Both the position numbers and the translations under genes were made by a program. From a virus (lineage: Duplodnaviria > Caudoviricetes), in IMG/VR virus record IMGVR_UViG_3300031992_000021, positions 32,001-96,000 of that record: 64,000 nucleotides of DNA, one strand, 5' to 3'. This document shows positions 17,160-25,041 of the stretch, piece after piece; the first letter of the stretch is position 1; each line of letters opens with the position of its first letter. The notes below the pieces were generated by a model, which did not search any database, had not been told where the DNA came from, and saw only the letters and a program-made list of their open reading frames with translations.

Positions 17160-19049
17160 TTAGTACGTGAAGTGTTCAGATTTGTTCTTCGAGAGGGGCT
17201 GTCCCCAGTCGCCGAACTCGACGCCCTTTGCGATGCCGGGGTATGGTTCGGTAGAGTGGAGATGCGACTTCGCTCCGCGGGCTACGTCCTCCTGAAGCCT
17301 GCTCTTGAGGTATGTCGTTCCGAGACGCGCCATCCAGTCCGGCTTCTCGGCGTTCGAGTCCTCGATTCGCTCCATGAACGGCGTCACGTCGGGCTGCGTG
17401 TCGTTCACCATCATGCGGTCGACCTTGAACTTCTTCATGGTCTTGATGACCGAAGGCGTGATGCGCGTGCCGATCGTGTAATGCAGGACCGGCTGCTCAA
17501 GGTATTTTCCGATGGAAGCTACAGTAGGCGCAACAATTGCCGAGTTGCTCCTCGGCTTGAACCCGTTGGACCAGCGCGTGTAGGTGACGACATCGCCAGG
17601 AAGCCCTTCGCCGGCTTCGTCCTCGTTGTTGAGCCGCACGGTATTCATGACCGTCCTGGCAAGCACCTCGGCGTTTCTGCGGTTCGCCGCCATGCCAGAG
17701 TCTCGGATCGCCTGCGTGAAGCGGTTTGCCCAGTAGCGCCGAGCCTCGCCGATTCCCTTGTACTTCACGAGCTCCGAGGGGTCGATGACGCCGTCTGAAA
17801 TCTGGTCGCCGGCCTCAAGCTCATCCCCAACCTTGACTTCGAGTTCGTAGCCAGGCGCGACGTAGTGGCGCTTCTCCTCGCCCTTCTGGTCGGTCACGAA
17901 AATGTAGGTTCCTCCCTGAGGGGCGTCTTCAATCTTGGACACCGTGCCGTCTACCGACGAAATCGTTGCGCGATCGGGAAATACCTTCGGCACCTTGGCA
18001 AGCGATGTGAACATGTTGAAGCCCTGATAAGTGCCTTTTCCGGTGGTTTTCTTTCCTGAATGTTTGACATTCAGTGCCCCTTGGGTTATTCTTTCGGCAA
18101 ATGCGGACGCTGCGTTAGTGCCCAGATTGTACCCAATCGGCGGGAATCCGCCGGTTTCGCGGATGCCTGCGCACTTTGAGCATACACCATCCTTGCAGCC
18201 ACACGTGACAGGCGATCTGACGACGATCTCGTCGTGCCTCTTGTCCTTGCGGAGGTCGGAAAGTACGTTTTTGGTGATGACCGTGCCGGCTTCGTATCCG
18301 CCGGCCGGCCTTGCGAGTACGGCTCCGATGTTGTCATCGTCGTCAACCTTGACCGGAAGGCCTCCATCGGTTTCGCAGTCGTCCTCCGTTACGACCTGAG
18401 CGATCGCAGATGCGCTGAGGAGCTTTCCAAACGCGCCGCCCTTTGCGGTAGCCGTCTTGGTCGATACGACGCCCGTTCTGGCGCCGAAGCTGCCGGCCCA
18501 GTATTCTGCCGGCGACAGACCCTCGGCGAACGAGTGGCGTATAAACATCGGAACCATCTTGCCTGACGGGTCGGAATACGTGCCTGGCGTGGAGATGAAC
18601 GCCGCGAGCTGGGTTTTGTTTCCCCTAGCCTTTGAGGCCACCTGGAGGGCGAGCTGGTTCTTGCGTGCGAGTTCGGAGTTGTACGTCTCCTCCATGATTC
18701 GGCTGTTGGCCTTCTCATAGAGTTTCTCGACCATCTCGGTCTTCTGCGCATCTGTAAGGTTCTTGTCGTTACGTATCTGGGCCTCTGCGATATCGAGGGC
18801 CTGAAGAATGGGACGCTTGTCGTACGATGGGCGGAGGTCGGAGAGGCGGATCGTGGTGCCGGTATCGTAGGCCGCGGCGTTCCCGATGTCCATGAGCCGC
18901 TTCGTGACGCCGGCGTAGGAATCCGGGTCTTCGCGGGCTATGGCTTCGAGAACCTCCTCGATGCCCTTCGAGTCCATCACCCTCCCGTAGTCGCGGAAGC
19001 GAGGCGGGAGGGCGTCGTTTACTAGCACCTGTCCGATCGTCGTGAGCAT
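17160..19049 (-). CDS. rpoC: DNA-directed RNA polymerase beta' subunit, C-terminal half (phage-encoded, split)
   Basis: TTIG, SKARGN..QL, SF.EGLS..EY...GAR.G..T..TA (bridge helix), VVTEDDC.T, VRSP.TC...GVC..C (Zn site), AA...ER.TQ..L..KH (trigger loop). Lacks NADFDGD. Confidence 0.92.
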   Translation of the reverse strand: MLTTIGQVLVNDALPPRFRDYGRVMDSKGIEEVLEAIAREDPDSYAGVTKRLMDIGNAAAYDTGTTIRLSDLRPSYDKRPILQALDIAEAQIRNDKNLTDAQKTEMVEKLYEKANSRIMEETYNSELARKNQLALQVASKARGNKTQLAAFISTPGTYSDPSGKMVPMFIRHSFAEGLSPAEYWAGSFGARTGVVSTKTATAKGGAFGKLLSASAIAQVVTEDDCETDGGLPVKVDDDDNIGAVLARPAGGYEAGTVITKNVLSDLRKDKRHDEIVVRSPVTCGCKDGVCSKCAGIRETGGFPPIGYNLGTNAASAFAERITQGALNVKHSGKKTTGKGTYQGFNMFTSLAKVPKVFPDRATISSVDGTVSKIEDAPQGGTYIFVTDQKGEEKRHYVAPGYELEVKVGDELEAGDQISDGVIDPSELVKYKGIGEARRYWANRFTQAIRDSGMAANRRNAEVLARTVMNTVRLNNEDEAGEGLPGDVVTYTRWSNGFKPRSNSAIVAPTVASIGKYLEQPVLHYTIGTRITPSVIKTMKKFKVDRMMVNDTQPDVTPFMERIEDSNAEKPDWMARLGTTYLKSRLQEDVARGAKSHLHSTEPYPGIAKGVEFGDWGQPLSKNKSEHFTY

Positions 19050-19059
19050 GCGAACTGCC

Positions 19060-19638
19060 TTATCGGGTAAGCCCCATGTCGCCTAGAGCCTCGACAACTG
19101 CCGCCTTGATGTCGGCAGAACCAGGTGCGGCAGCCTGAGCAGGTGCGGCAGCCTCCGGAGCCACGCCGGGGCCGAGCATCTTCGAGACGCCGGCAAGCTT
19201 CTTGATGAGATCGATGAGCTGGCCGATCGTGATCGTGATGGTAGGCTCGGTAGCCCCGCCTGCACCGGCCGCGGCGGCATCTGGAGCAGGGGCGGCCGCA
19301 GGGGCGCCAATCATCCCGGCAGTTGCCGGATCGACACCCATCGGAGCACCTCCGGCCATTGCCGCGAGCATGGCAGGATCCATTCCGGCCATTGCCGGAT
19401 CCACTGGAGCTCCGCCTGCGGCAGGATCTCCAGCAGGCGGCATTCCGCCGGCCATAGCAGGGTCTACAGGTGCGCCTCCGGCAGCCTGGTCGGCAGGTGC
19501 GCCTCCTGCGGCAGGGTCGCCGGCGGGCGCCCCTCCAGGCATCTGCACAAAAGACTGCTTAAGCGCCTCTGCGCGTTTAACGAGGTCCTTCTTGGCCTCT
19601 TCCAGCTGACTCCAGTCAAACTTTTCAGACTCTGCCAT
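19060..19638 (-). CDS. Pro/Ala/Gly-rich low-complexity protein (putative head cargo)
   Basis: GDPAAGGAP(V/A)D repeats. LVKRA near the N-terminus. AAGGAG SD. Confidence 0.65.
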   Translation of the reverse strand: MAESEKFDWSQLEEAKKDLVKRAEALKQSFVQMPGGAPAGDPAAGGAPADQAAGGAPVDPAMAGGMPPAGDPAAGGAPVDPAMAGMDPAMLAAMAGGAPMGVDPATAGMIGAPAAAPAPDAAAAGAGGATEPTITITIGQLIDLIKKLAGVSKMLGPGVAPEAAAPAQAAAPGSADIKAAVVEALGDMGLTR

Positions 19639-20587
19639 CTTTTTCTCCTTTGGTTTTGATCTGTTTGATCAATCTTTGCATTCCTCTTGCTATTGTATCA
19701 AAAAAACTGCCAGAGGGCATCCCTGCGTACGCCGGAAGACCGACAGTAGGGTCGTGATTCCGCCTTCTGCCGCATATTGCCCCGTATCCGGTATCTGAAT
19801 CCCATCCTGGAGATCCGACATCTCTCGATATCGTGCGAAGTGCGGCCATTACAGACTTCATGCTTGAATCAGGCCTGTCAAAACGTCCGTATTCGTCTTT
19901 TCGATCGATCTTGTCGGCAAGCAGCAATGCCGCCAGACCGGTTACGATGGCGGCAGAGAACGATGTCCCTTTCACCTCCTTGACCTTACCGGAAACACCT
20001 ATAACCGGAAGATCAACGCCAGGAGCCACGAAATCAACCTCGCCGACGCTCGAGAAAGACGTCTTCAGTCCGTCTTCTCTTGAAGATCCGACGCTGATAG
20101 TTGTCGGAAGGGCTGCAGGCCAGTTTACCGGCCCTGAATCGTTTCCTGCGGCGCATATGACAGTCTTTCCTGCGTCGAATGCCGCCTTGCAGGCAATTTC
20201 GAGCTCATACGGACATTTTTCCGTGCGAAGGAATCCAAGCGACAGGTTGATGATGTCGACGTCTTCCTCGATCGCCCTGTATATTCCGCGTGAAACAGAT
20301 TTTACACTTCCGCATCCTTTCGAGTCGAGAACTTTGATGAATACAGGGATCACATACTCGCAAAGTCCTACTATCCCTCCTCCTCCCAATAGGATGCTGG
20401 CTATCTCGGTGGCATGTCCGAACTCGTCAGGATTGTCACGGTATTCATCTGCAAGGCATTCGTTCCATCCTCCGCGAAGAACGCCTGGCCGAGGCACTCC
20501 AGAGTCAAGAACGGCGATTCTTATGCCATCTCCGAAATGCGACGACGCCGAGAGGCGACTCACACCCATGAAGTTGCCGTAATTCAC
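19625..20587 (-). CDS. Subtilisin-like serine protease (S8 family)
   Basis: Intact catalytic motifs IAVLDSG, GHAT, INLSLG, AAGN, GTSF. No signal peptide or long propeptide. Confidence 0.9.
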   Translation of the reverse strand: MNYGNFMGVSRLSASSHFGDGIRIAVLDSGVPRPGVLRGGWNECLADEYRDNPDEFGHATEIASILLGGGGIVGLCEYVIPVFIKVLDSKGCGSVKSVSRGIYRAIEEDVDIINLSLGFLRTEKCPYELEIACKAAFDAGKTVICAAGNDSGPVNWPAALPTTISVGSSREDGLKTSFSSVGEVDFVAPGVDLPVIGVSGKVKEVKGTSFSAAIVTGLAALLLADKIDRKDEYGRFDRPDSSMKSVMAALRTISRDVGSPGWDSDTGYGAICGRRRNHDPTVGLPAYAGMPSGSFFDTIARGMQRLIKQIKTKGEKDGRV

Positions 20588-20595
20588 GACGGACC

Positions 20596-20925
20596 TCAGA
20601 ACTGCTTCAGTATCAGCTGTCTCGTGGCTGGATTAACCGCCCTGATGTAAAAAGTCTGGTCTTCGCCGATTCCAAGGTACTTCTTGAGCACCTTTGCTCG
20701 ATCATCGGGAAGTCTCGACGCGATTGCCGCGAAATTTCCGTCGATGTTGGCATGAAGCCTGCGCTTGTTGCACGTATTGCACCCCTTCTTGGCCTTCACG
20801 TCGATGTGCATCGTGGCAATCTGCGCCCTTATGGACGCAAATTCCGGCATCAGCTGAAAGAATCCGCTGTCAGCCACGGCCTTTGATACGTGGCTGCCTC
20901 CAAGCATAACTCCTGGTTTTGACAT
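20596..20925 (-). CDS. Small CxxC protein
   Basis: Start moved to ATG 20925 (GGAGGAG SD): MSKPGVMLGG...KKGCNTC. Confidence 0.6.
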   Translation of the reverse strand: MSKPGVMLGGSHVSKAVADSGFFQLMPEFASIRAQIATMHIDVKAKKGCNTCNKRRLHANIDGNFAAIASRLPDDRAKVLKKYLGIGEDQTFYIRAVNPATRQLILKQF

Positions 20926-20945
20926 AGCTCCTCCCTGAAATGCAT

Positions 20946-21269
20946 CTACTTTTTGTTCCTGTAGGCCGACAGCGGCCAGTCTACCGGCAGGCACACGGTG
21001 TCTATCGCCGCCTCGCATGCAGTATCGACCCATCCGATCAGCCCAACGGGTATCGTGAACAGGTTCTCCCACATGAAGTGCTCGCCTCCCGTCGGAGACA
21101 TGATCTGCGGAAACGTCAGCACGTACGAGAAGCCGGCGGCGGTCTTTGTAGCCTGGTACACCTCGGTTATGTCCTCGTTGTCGAGAACCCTGTTCACGAA
21201 GTTCACGCATCCGCACATGAAAGACATCGATGCGCAGACGAGCATTGCGATAAGACGGAATGTTCTCAT
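20946..21269 (-). CDS. YceK/YidQ-like lipoprotein
   Basis: Lipoprotein signal ending FMCG-C. Y.AT...D...AIDT.CLP.D pattern typical of YceK/YidQ. Confidence 0.65.
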   Translation of the reverse strand: MRTFRLIAMLVCASMSFMCGCVNFVNRVLDNEDITEVYQATKTAAGFSYVLTFPQIMSPTGGEHFMWENLFTIPVGLIGWVDTACEAAIDTVCLPVDWPLSAYRNKK

Positions 21270-21685
21270 GACGCCTCCTGTTTAACGGATCCGTTACCGG
21301 TGAACTCAAGCGTCGTCTGGTCGGTGAAGTTGTCTTCACTCGTCAAAATGCTGAACGTGCGCTGAAGCCCGGATATGTCGTCCACGAAGAGCTGCTTTGC
21401 CGTAGCGAGGTCATCCAGAGACCTCACCCATACCGTGCACTTGTCCGTCCTGAACCACGGAACGGTCTCGGAGGCGGCGTCTTCCGGAATCTCATGCAGG
21501 TCCACGGGCGTTGCCACATGATCGAACTCGGCAAACGTATTTCCGTCAGCTCCAGCAGGCATCTGGTGGAACACGAAAATCTTTGTGGAGATTTTTGACG
21601 CAGAAACGACCTCAACGTGGAGGGCGTACTGAAAAACTCCGCGCCTTTCTGGAGACTGACTGAACCTTACCTTGAGTCCGCACAT
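21266..21685 (-). CDS. Hypothetical protein
   Basis: Translationally coupled ORF within the operon. Confidence 0.65.
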   Translation of the reverse strand: MCGLKVRFSQSPERRGVFQYALHVEVVSASKISTKIFVFHQMPAGADGNTFAEFDHVATPVDLHEIPEDAASETVPWFRTDKCTVWVRSLDDLATAKQLFVDDISGLQRTFSILTSEDNFTDQTTLEFTGNGSVKQEAS

Positions 21686-21694
21686 GGCATTTCC

Positions 21695-22252
21695 TCAGTT
21701 GGACACACCGCATATCTTCTCAAGAAACTCGAAGTGGCCTGAAATGAATACGAGAAGAATTACGAATATGAATGCGTTGAACGCTATGAGCGGATGCTCT
21801 GAAATGAACTTGGAGAACGTCTTTGGGCTGCTCGACTTTGATTTGGACGATGAGTTCGACGAACTGTCGCATCCTGAACTTTCGATTGTGGTCTTGATGC
21901 TGCTGAGGCCTGCGCGGAGCTCCTGCTGAAGTGCCTCGAAGTCCCTTGCGTTGATCTTCTTGATCTCGTCGCATTCGCGCTTGTATTCGTCCCTTGTGAG
22001 ACGCATTTCTCTCCGCAGCGCGTCATACGTCCTCTCCTGTGCGCATGTGAGCTCGAACAGATTCTCCGCAGTCTTCTGGACCTTCTCGTCCTGCGTAAGG
22101 CCATTGCACCCATCCATCGACGCCTCCACCCTGGCTATCCTATGCTCCAGCTCCTCGGAGTCGTCGATGTCATCGCCGTACTTTTCGTAAAATTTCTGCA
22201 TCCCGTCGATCGTTCGGCGGGCTTCAGCGCGGATTCTGTCCGATATTGCCAC
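21695..22252 (-). CDS. Coiled-coil protein with a Ser-rich linker and a C-terminal transmembrane helix (holin-like candidate)
   Basis: AAGGAGG SD. Coiled coil, then SSGCDSSSNSSSKSKSSS, then IAFNAFIFVILLVFISG. Confidence 0.6.
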   Translation of the reverse strand: MAISDRIRAEARRTIDGMQKFYEKYGDDIDDSEELEHRIARVEASMDGCNGLTQDEKVQKTAENLFELTCAQERTYDALRREMRLTRDEYKRECDEIKKINARDFEALQQELRAGLSSIKTTIESSGCDSSSNSSSKSKSSSPKTFSKFISEHPLIAFNAFIFVILLVFISGHFEFLEKICGVSN

Positions 22253-22299
22253 TTTCGCCTCCTTGTATGAGGTTGATGATAAATAGATGATGTGGCATT

Positions 22300-22329
22300 A
22301 TTATATCATTGTAAACGCCTTGTGCGCAA
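22300..22329 (-). promoter_or_regulatory. Promoter TTGCGC-N18-TATAAT with TG extension
   Basis: Upstream of 22252, overlapping the end of the glycosyltransferase gene. Confidence 0.6.
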
Positions 22330-24465
22330 GGACTGGAGCACCCTCTCCCTAAGCGTTTTTCTCGTTTCCGACGATGCTGGACTTGGCAGCTTCCTGACAG
22401 GAAATACAGGTTTCTCCGCATCCTGTACGGTCTGAGGCCCGAACCTTACCGAACGCATGGATTCAGGGTTCGACATGTATGCGCTCACAACCTTTGCCGA
22501 CTCCAGTGAACGACGGCTTTCAACAGGGACATAGTCTGTTCCGTTGCAGGTCGCCGACCTCCATCTCTCTATGATGTCCCGCCACACGGTGCGCCATCCG
22601 CGCACGCCGAACAGGCGGAGCTCCTCCGCCCTCGACACTTCACCAAGCATGCTGTGCCACATCGGGTTCTCGCGTATCCGCGCCGACACCGACAGTATGT
22701 CTGCAGTCTCGGCAGGACGTGCTGGCGAAGGGTCGTCGTCGACCAGCCTGTATTCTCTGTTTTCTGCTTCCGTCGGCTTCTTCCTGTCAGGAGGTGGAAG
22801 CTGTGGGCGACGGACTATTGCCTTGAAAGGTTTCGTTGTCTTCGAGGAATCAGACTGCACCTCAAAGCGGCACCTTTCCGGAAACAGCGACTTCATGACC
22901 TTGAGAGCCGCAGGAAACGAAGGGTCGTGATACGCCACATGGGTGGCATCTGGAATATCGCCTTCGTCTCCGGTAAGGAAAACGTGGTCGAAATCCGGTC
23001 GCCCTTCAGTCTCGGCAAAGTTGTAGTATCCTGATGCTATTATCGTATCCTGTCTGCGCTCGTATCCGCACCAGCGTGCGTATTCGATGAACTTGTCGCG
23101 GTCCATCGGCATCCAGATGTGCGGCTGGAAGTAGTAGACCTTCGACGCATCAAGTCCGATCGCCTTCCTGCGCCTCACCTCGCGCTCAAGCGTATCGCGC
23201 AGCCTGTCGTGCCACACACGCTTCTTGAGGGCGTACCAGTTGTCCTTAGACGAGTACCTGCGGAGGTATCGCGGCGCGAAGTCGTCCCATGTGCACTCCC
23301 TGGTCTGGAACTGGTCGTCTGAACAGAAGAGGATTCGCTTGGCGATTCCTGGCTGCTCGCAGGCGTGGCGGAGCTTGTCGATGATGTTTGCGTCCTTGGC
23401 GTGCCCGAAGCGGTCCGGCCACTGGAGGTGCTTCACAATGCTCTTGTCCACCCACGGGGGGCAGTATCCGCAGATGTACACGTCGCGGACGAACTTGCAG
23501 TTGTTTGCGAGGCTCCTGAGCGCATAGCGTAGCTCCTCGTTGTTGCTTACCGAGTCTGTTCCGATGACAAACACCGCGTCGACAGGCTCTTCCTTCTTTC
23601 CCTTCTTGGCGACTTTTGCCGACTTTGCCGACTTCTTCTGCATGGCTATCTCGAACGGCGCCTTTGGAAGACTTTCGGCCTTTGCGGCCCAGTGTTTCTT
23701 CACCTCTCCTCCGTTTCGCTGGGTCGTGTAGTGGAGAAGCTTTCCGAACCAGTTCCTCGGAATCTGCGAGAGCGTCTTGCAGTTGTCCTGCCAGTTCCTG
23801 ATGGAGAAGTCGCAGAATCCATCTCTCCACGCGGCGTTGTGCTGGTAGAGGTATCCGAACACGATCTCGTCATCTTCAACCGGGAAGTCCTTGCCAAGCT
23901 CCTCGGAAAGGCGCCTGTTGGCTTCGCCGTGGAAGAACACGAGGGAGTTCCAGCACACCTTGTCTCCGGTATCTATGTTCGACCGGTAGAAGCGTGCAGG
24001 GTGGCGGTTGTCGATGCTGTCCGGGTAGTAGAACTGGGTGAAGATGAAGCCTGGGGCCATTTCTGCGGCCTCAAAGCATTCGTCGATGTTGCCAGTCACT
24101 TCCGCGTCGTCGTCTATCCAGGCCCATGACTTTGGCGCGAGCCTTGTGGCCACGGCGTGCAAAATGCTCTTCTTCGAGTACCATCCCACGTTCTTTCGTA
24201 CTGCGCGTTCGGACAGACGTTCAGACGCCTTCCACTCCTTTGAGCAGTCGAATACGAGACCTCCGCTGAACTTCGCTGCGGACTTGCAGTATTCCATGTC
24301 GCCGTCCTTCCAGTCTCCTTCGGGGCCTGGCACGATGACGAGCGGCGTGGTGTTCCCTGTGGCGAAGTACGCCCTTATCCACGGCCTTATGAAGGCGTGG
24401 CGCGGCGATACGACGACGCACCGGTTCAATATATCGGTTTTTCTCTTTTTGGATCTGGTCTTCAT
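22306..24465 (-). CDS. Fusion of a GT-A-like glycosyltransferase and a Stealth-like sugar-1-phosphate transferase
   Basis: N-domain: W..KK...WAWIDDDAEV, WNS..FF, DDE. Middle domain: DAVFV...NEELRYALRSL...VR.VYI.G..PPW and FCSDDQF (Stealth CR2-like). Confidence 0.7.
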   Translation of the reverse strand: MKTRSKKRKTDILNRCVVVSPRHAFIRPWIRAYFATGNTTPLVIVPGPEGDWKDGDMEYCKSAAKFSGGLVFDCSKEWKASERLSERAVRKNVGWYSKKSILHAVATRLAPKSWAWIDDDAEVTGNIDECFEAAEMAPGFIFTQFYYPDSIDNRHPARFYRSNIDTGDKVCWNSLVFFHGEANRRLSEELGKDFPVEDDEIVFGYLYQHNAAWRDGFCDFSIRNWQDNCKTLSQIPRNWFGKLLHYTTQRNGGEVKKHWAAKAESLPKAPFEIAMQKKSAKSAKVAKKGKKEEPVDAVFVIGTDSVSNNEELRYALRSLANNCKFVRDVYICGYCPPWVDKSIVKHLQWPDRFGHAKDANIIDKLRHACEQPGIAKRILFCSDDQFQTRECTWDDFAPRYLRRYSSKDNWYALKKRVWHDRLRDTLEREVRRRKAIGLDASKVYYFQPHIWMPMDRDKFIEYARWCGYERRQDTIIASGYYNFAETEGRPDFDHVFLTGDEGDIPDATHVAYHDPSFPAALKVMKSLFPERCRFEVQSDSSKTTKPFKAIVRRPQLPPPDRKKPTEAENREYRLVDDDPSPARPAETADILSVSARIRENPMWHSMLGEVSRAEELRLFGVRGWRTVWRDIIERWRSATCNGTDYVPVESRRSLESAKVVSAYMSNPESMRSVRFGPQTVQDAEKPVFPVRKLPSPASSETRKTLRERVLQSLRTRRLQ

Positions 24466-24493
24466 TGTGCTCTTCCTTTCGTTGACAAAATTG

Positions 24494-25033
24494 TCATGCG
24501 GCCGTGATGGTATAGTCGCCGGTCTTGCTGTTGATAGTCACCCTAAAAGAAGCGCCTCCGCCGCATGTCCCCTGCTTGGATGCGCTGTGGGTTCCGCCAG
24601 AGCCGTTCTTTCCGCCACCCCAAAGTCTGTAGGTGCACTCAGCGCTTGCATCCCATTCGCAGTCCTTTCCGCTGCTCTTCAGCGCAAGCTTCACCGTCAC
24701 GCTTCCGCTGGTCTTTGTGATCTTGTAGGCGACAACGTGCGACGGACTGTGCTGAGAGCACACCTCTTTGCCGTTTAGGATGGCTTTGGGAAAAATGTTC
24801 TTTTCACCCATCGAAAACGACCACTGAGCCCAGAGTATGAGATTCGACGAATAGATCAGTCTTCCTCCGCTGCTGTGAAGCAGCTCATCAGGCACGACCT
24901 CATATCCAGAGTCGCCATTCTCGTCGTAATCGTCGTATCCTGGAAGTATCGGCGGAGGCTCCGGAATGGGGTCTTCGTTATAGCCAGACCCTGATCCGTT
25001 AGCTATGTCTCTGTATATGAGCTGGTTCAGCAT
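24494..25033 (-). CDS. Small Cys-containing beta-rich protein (fibre-tip candidate)
   Basis: GAGG SD. Directly downstream of the Cys-repeat fibre. Weak similarity to 57730..58266. Confidence 0.6.
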   Translation of the reverse strand: MLNQLIYRDIANGSGSGYNEDPIPEPPPILPGYDDYDENGDSGYEVVPDELLHSSGGRLIYSSNLILWAQWSFSMGEKNIFPKAILNGKEVCSQHSPSHVVAYKITKTSGSVTVKLALKSSGKDCEWDASAECTYRLWGGGKNGSGGTHSASKQGTCGGGASFRVTINSKTGDYTITAA

Positions 25034-25041
25034 GGCATACC

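Noticed and set aside
17160-19049. Host rpoC pseudogene
   Set aside because: The ORF is intact, coupled into a phage operon and diverged but motif-conserving, with no rpoB or ribosomal protein neighbours.
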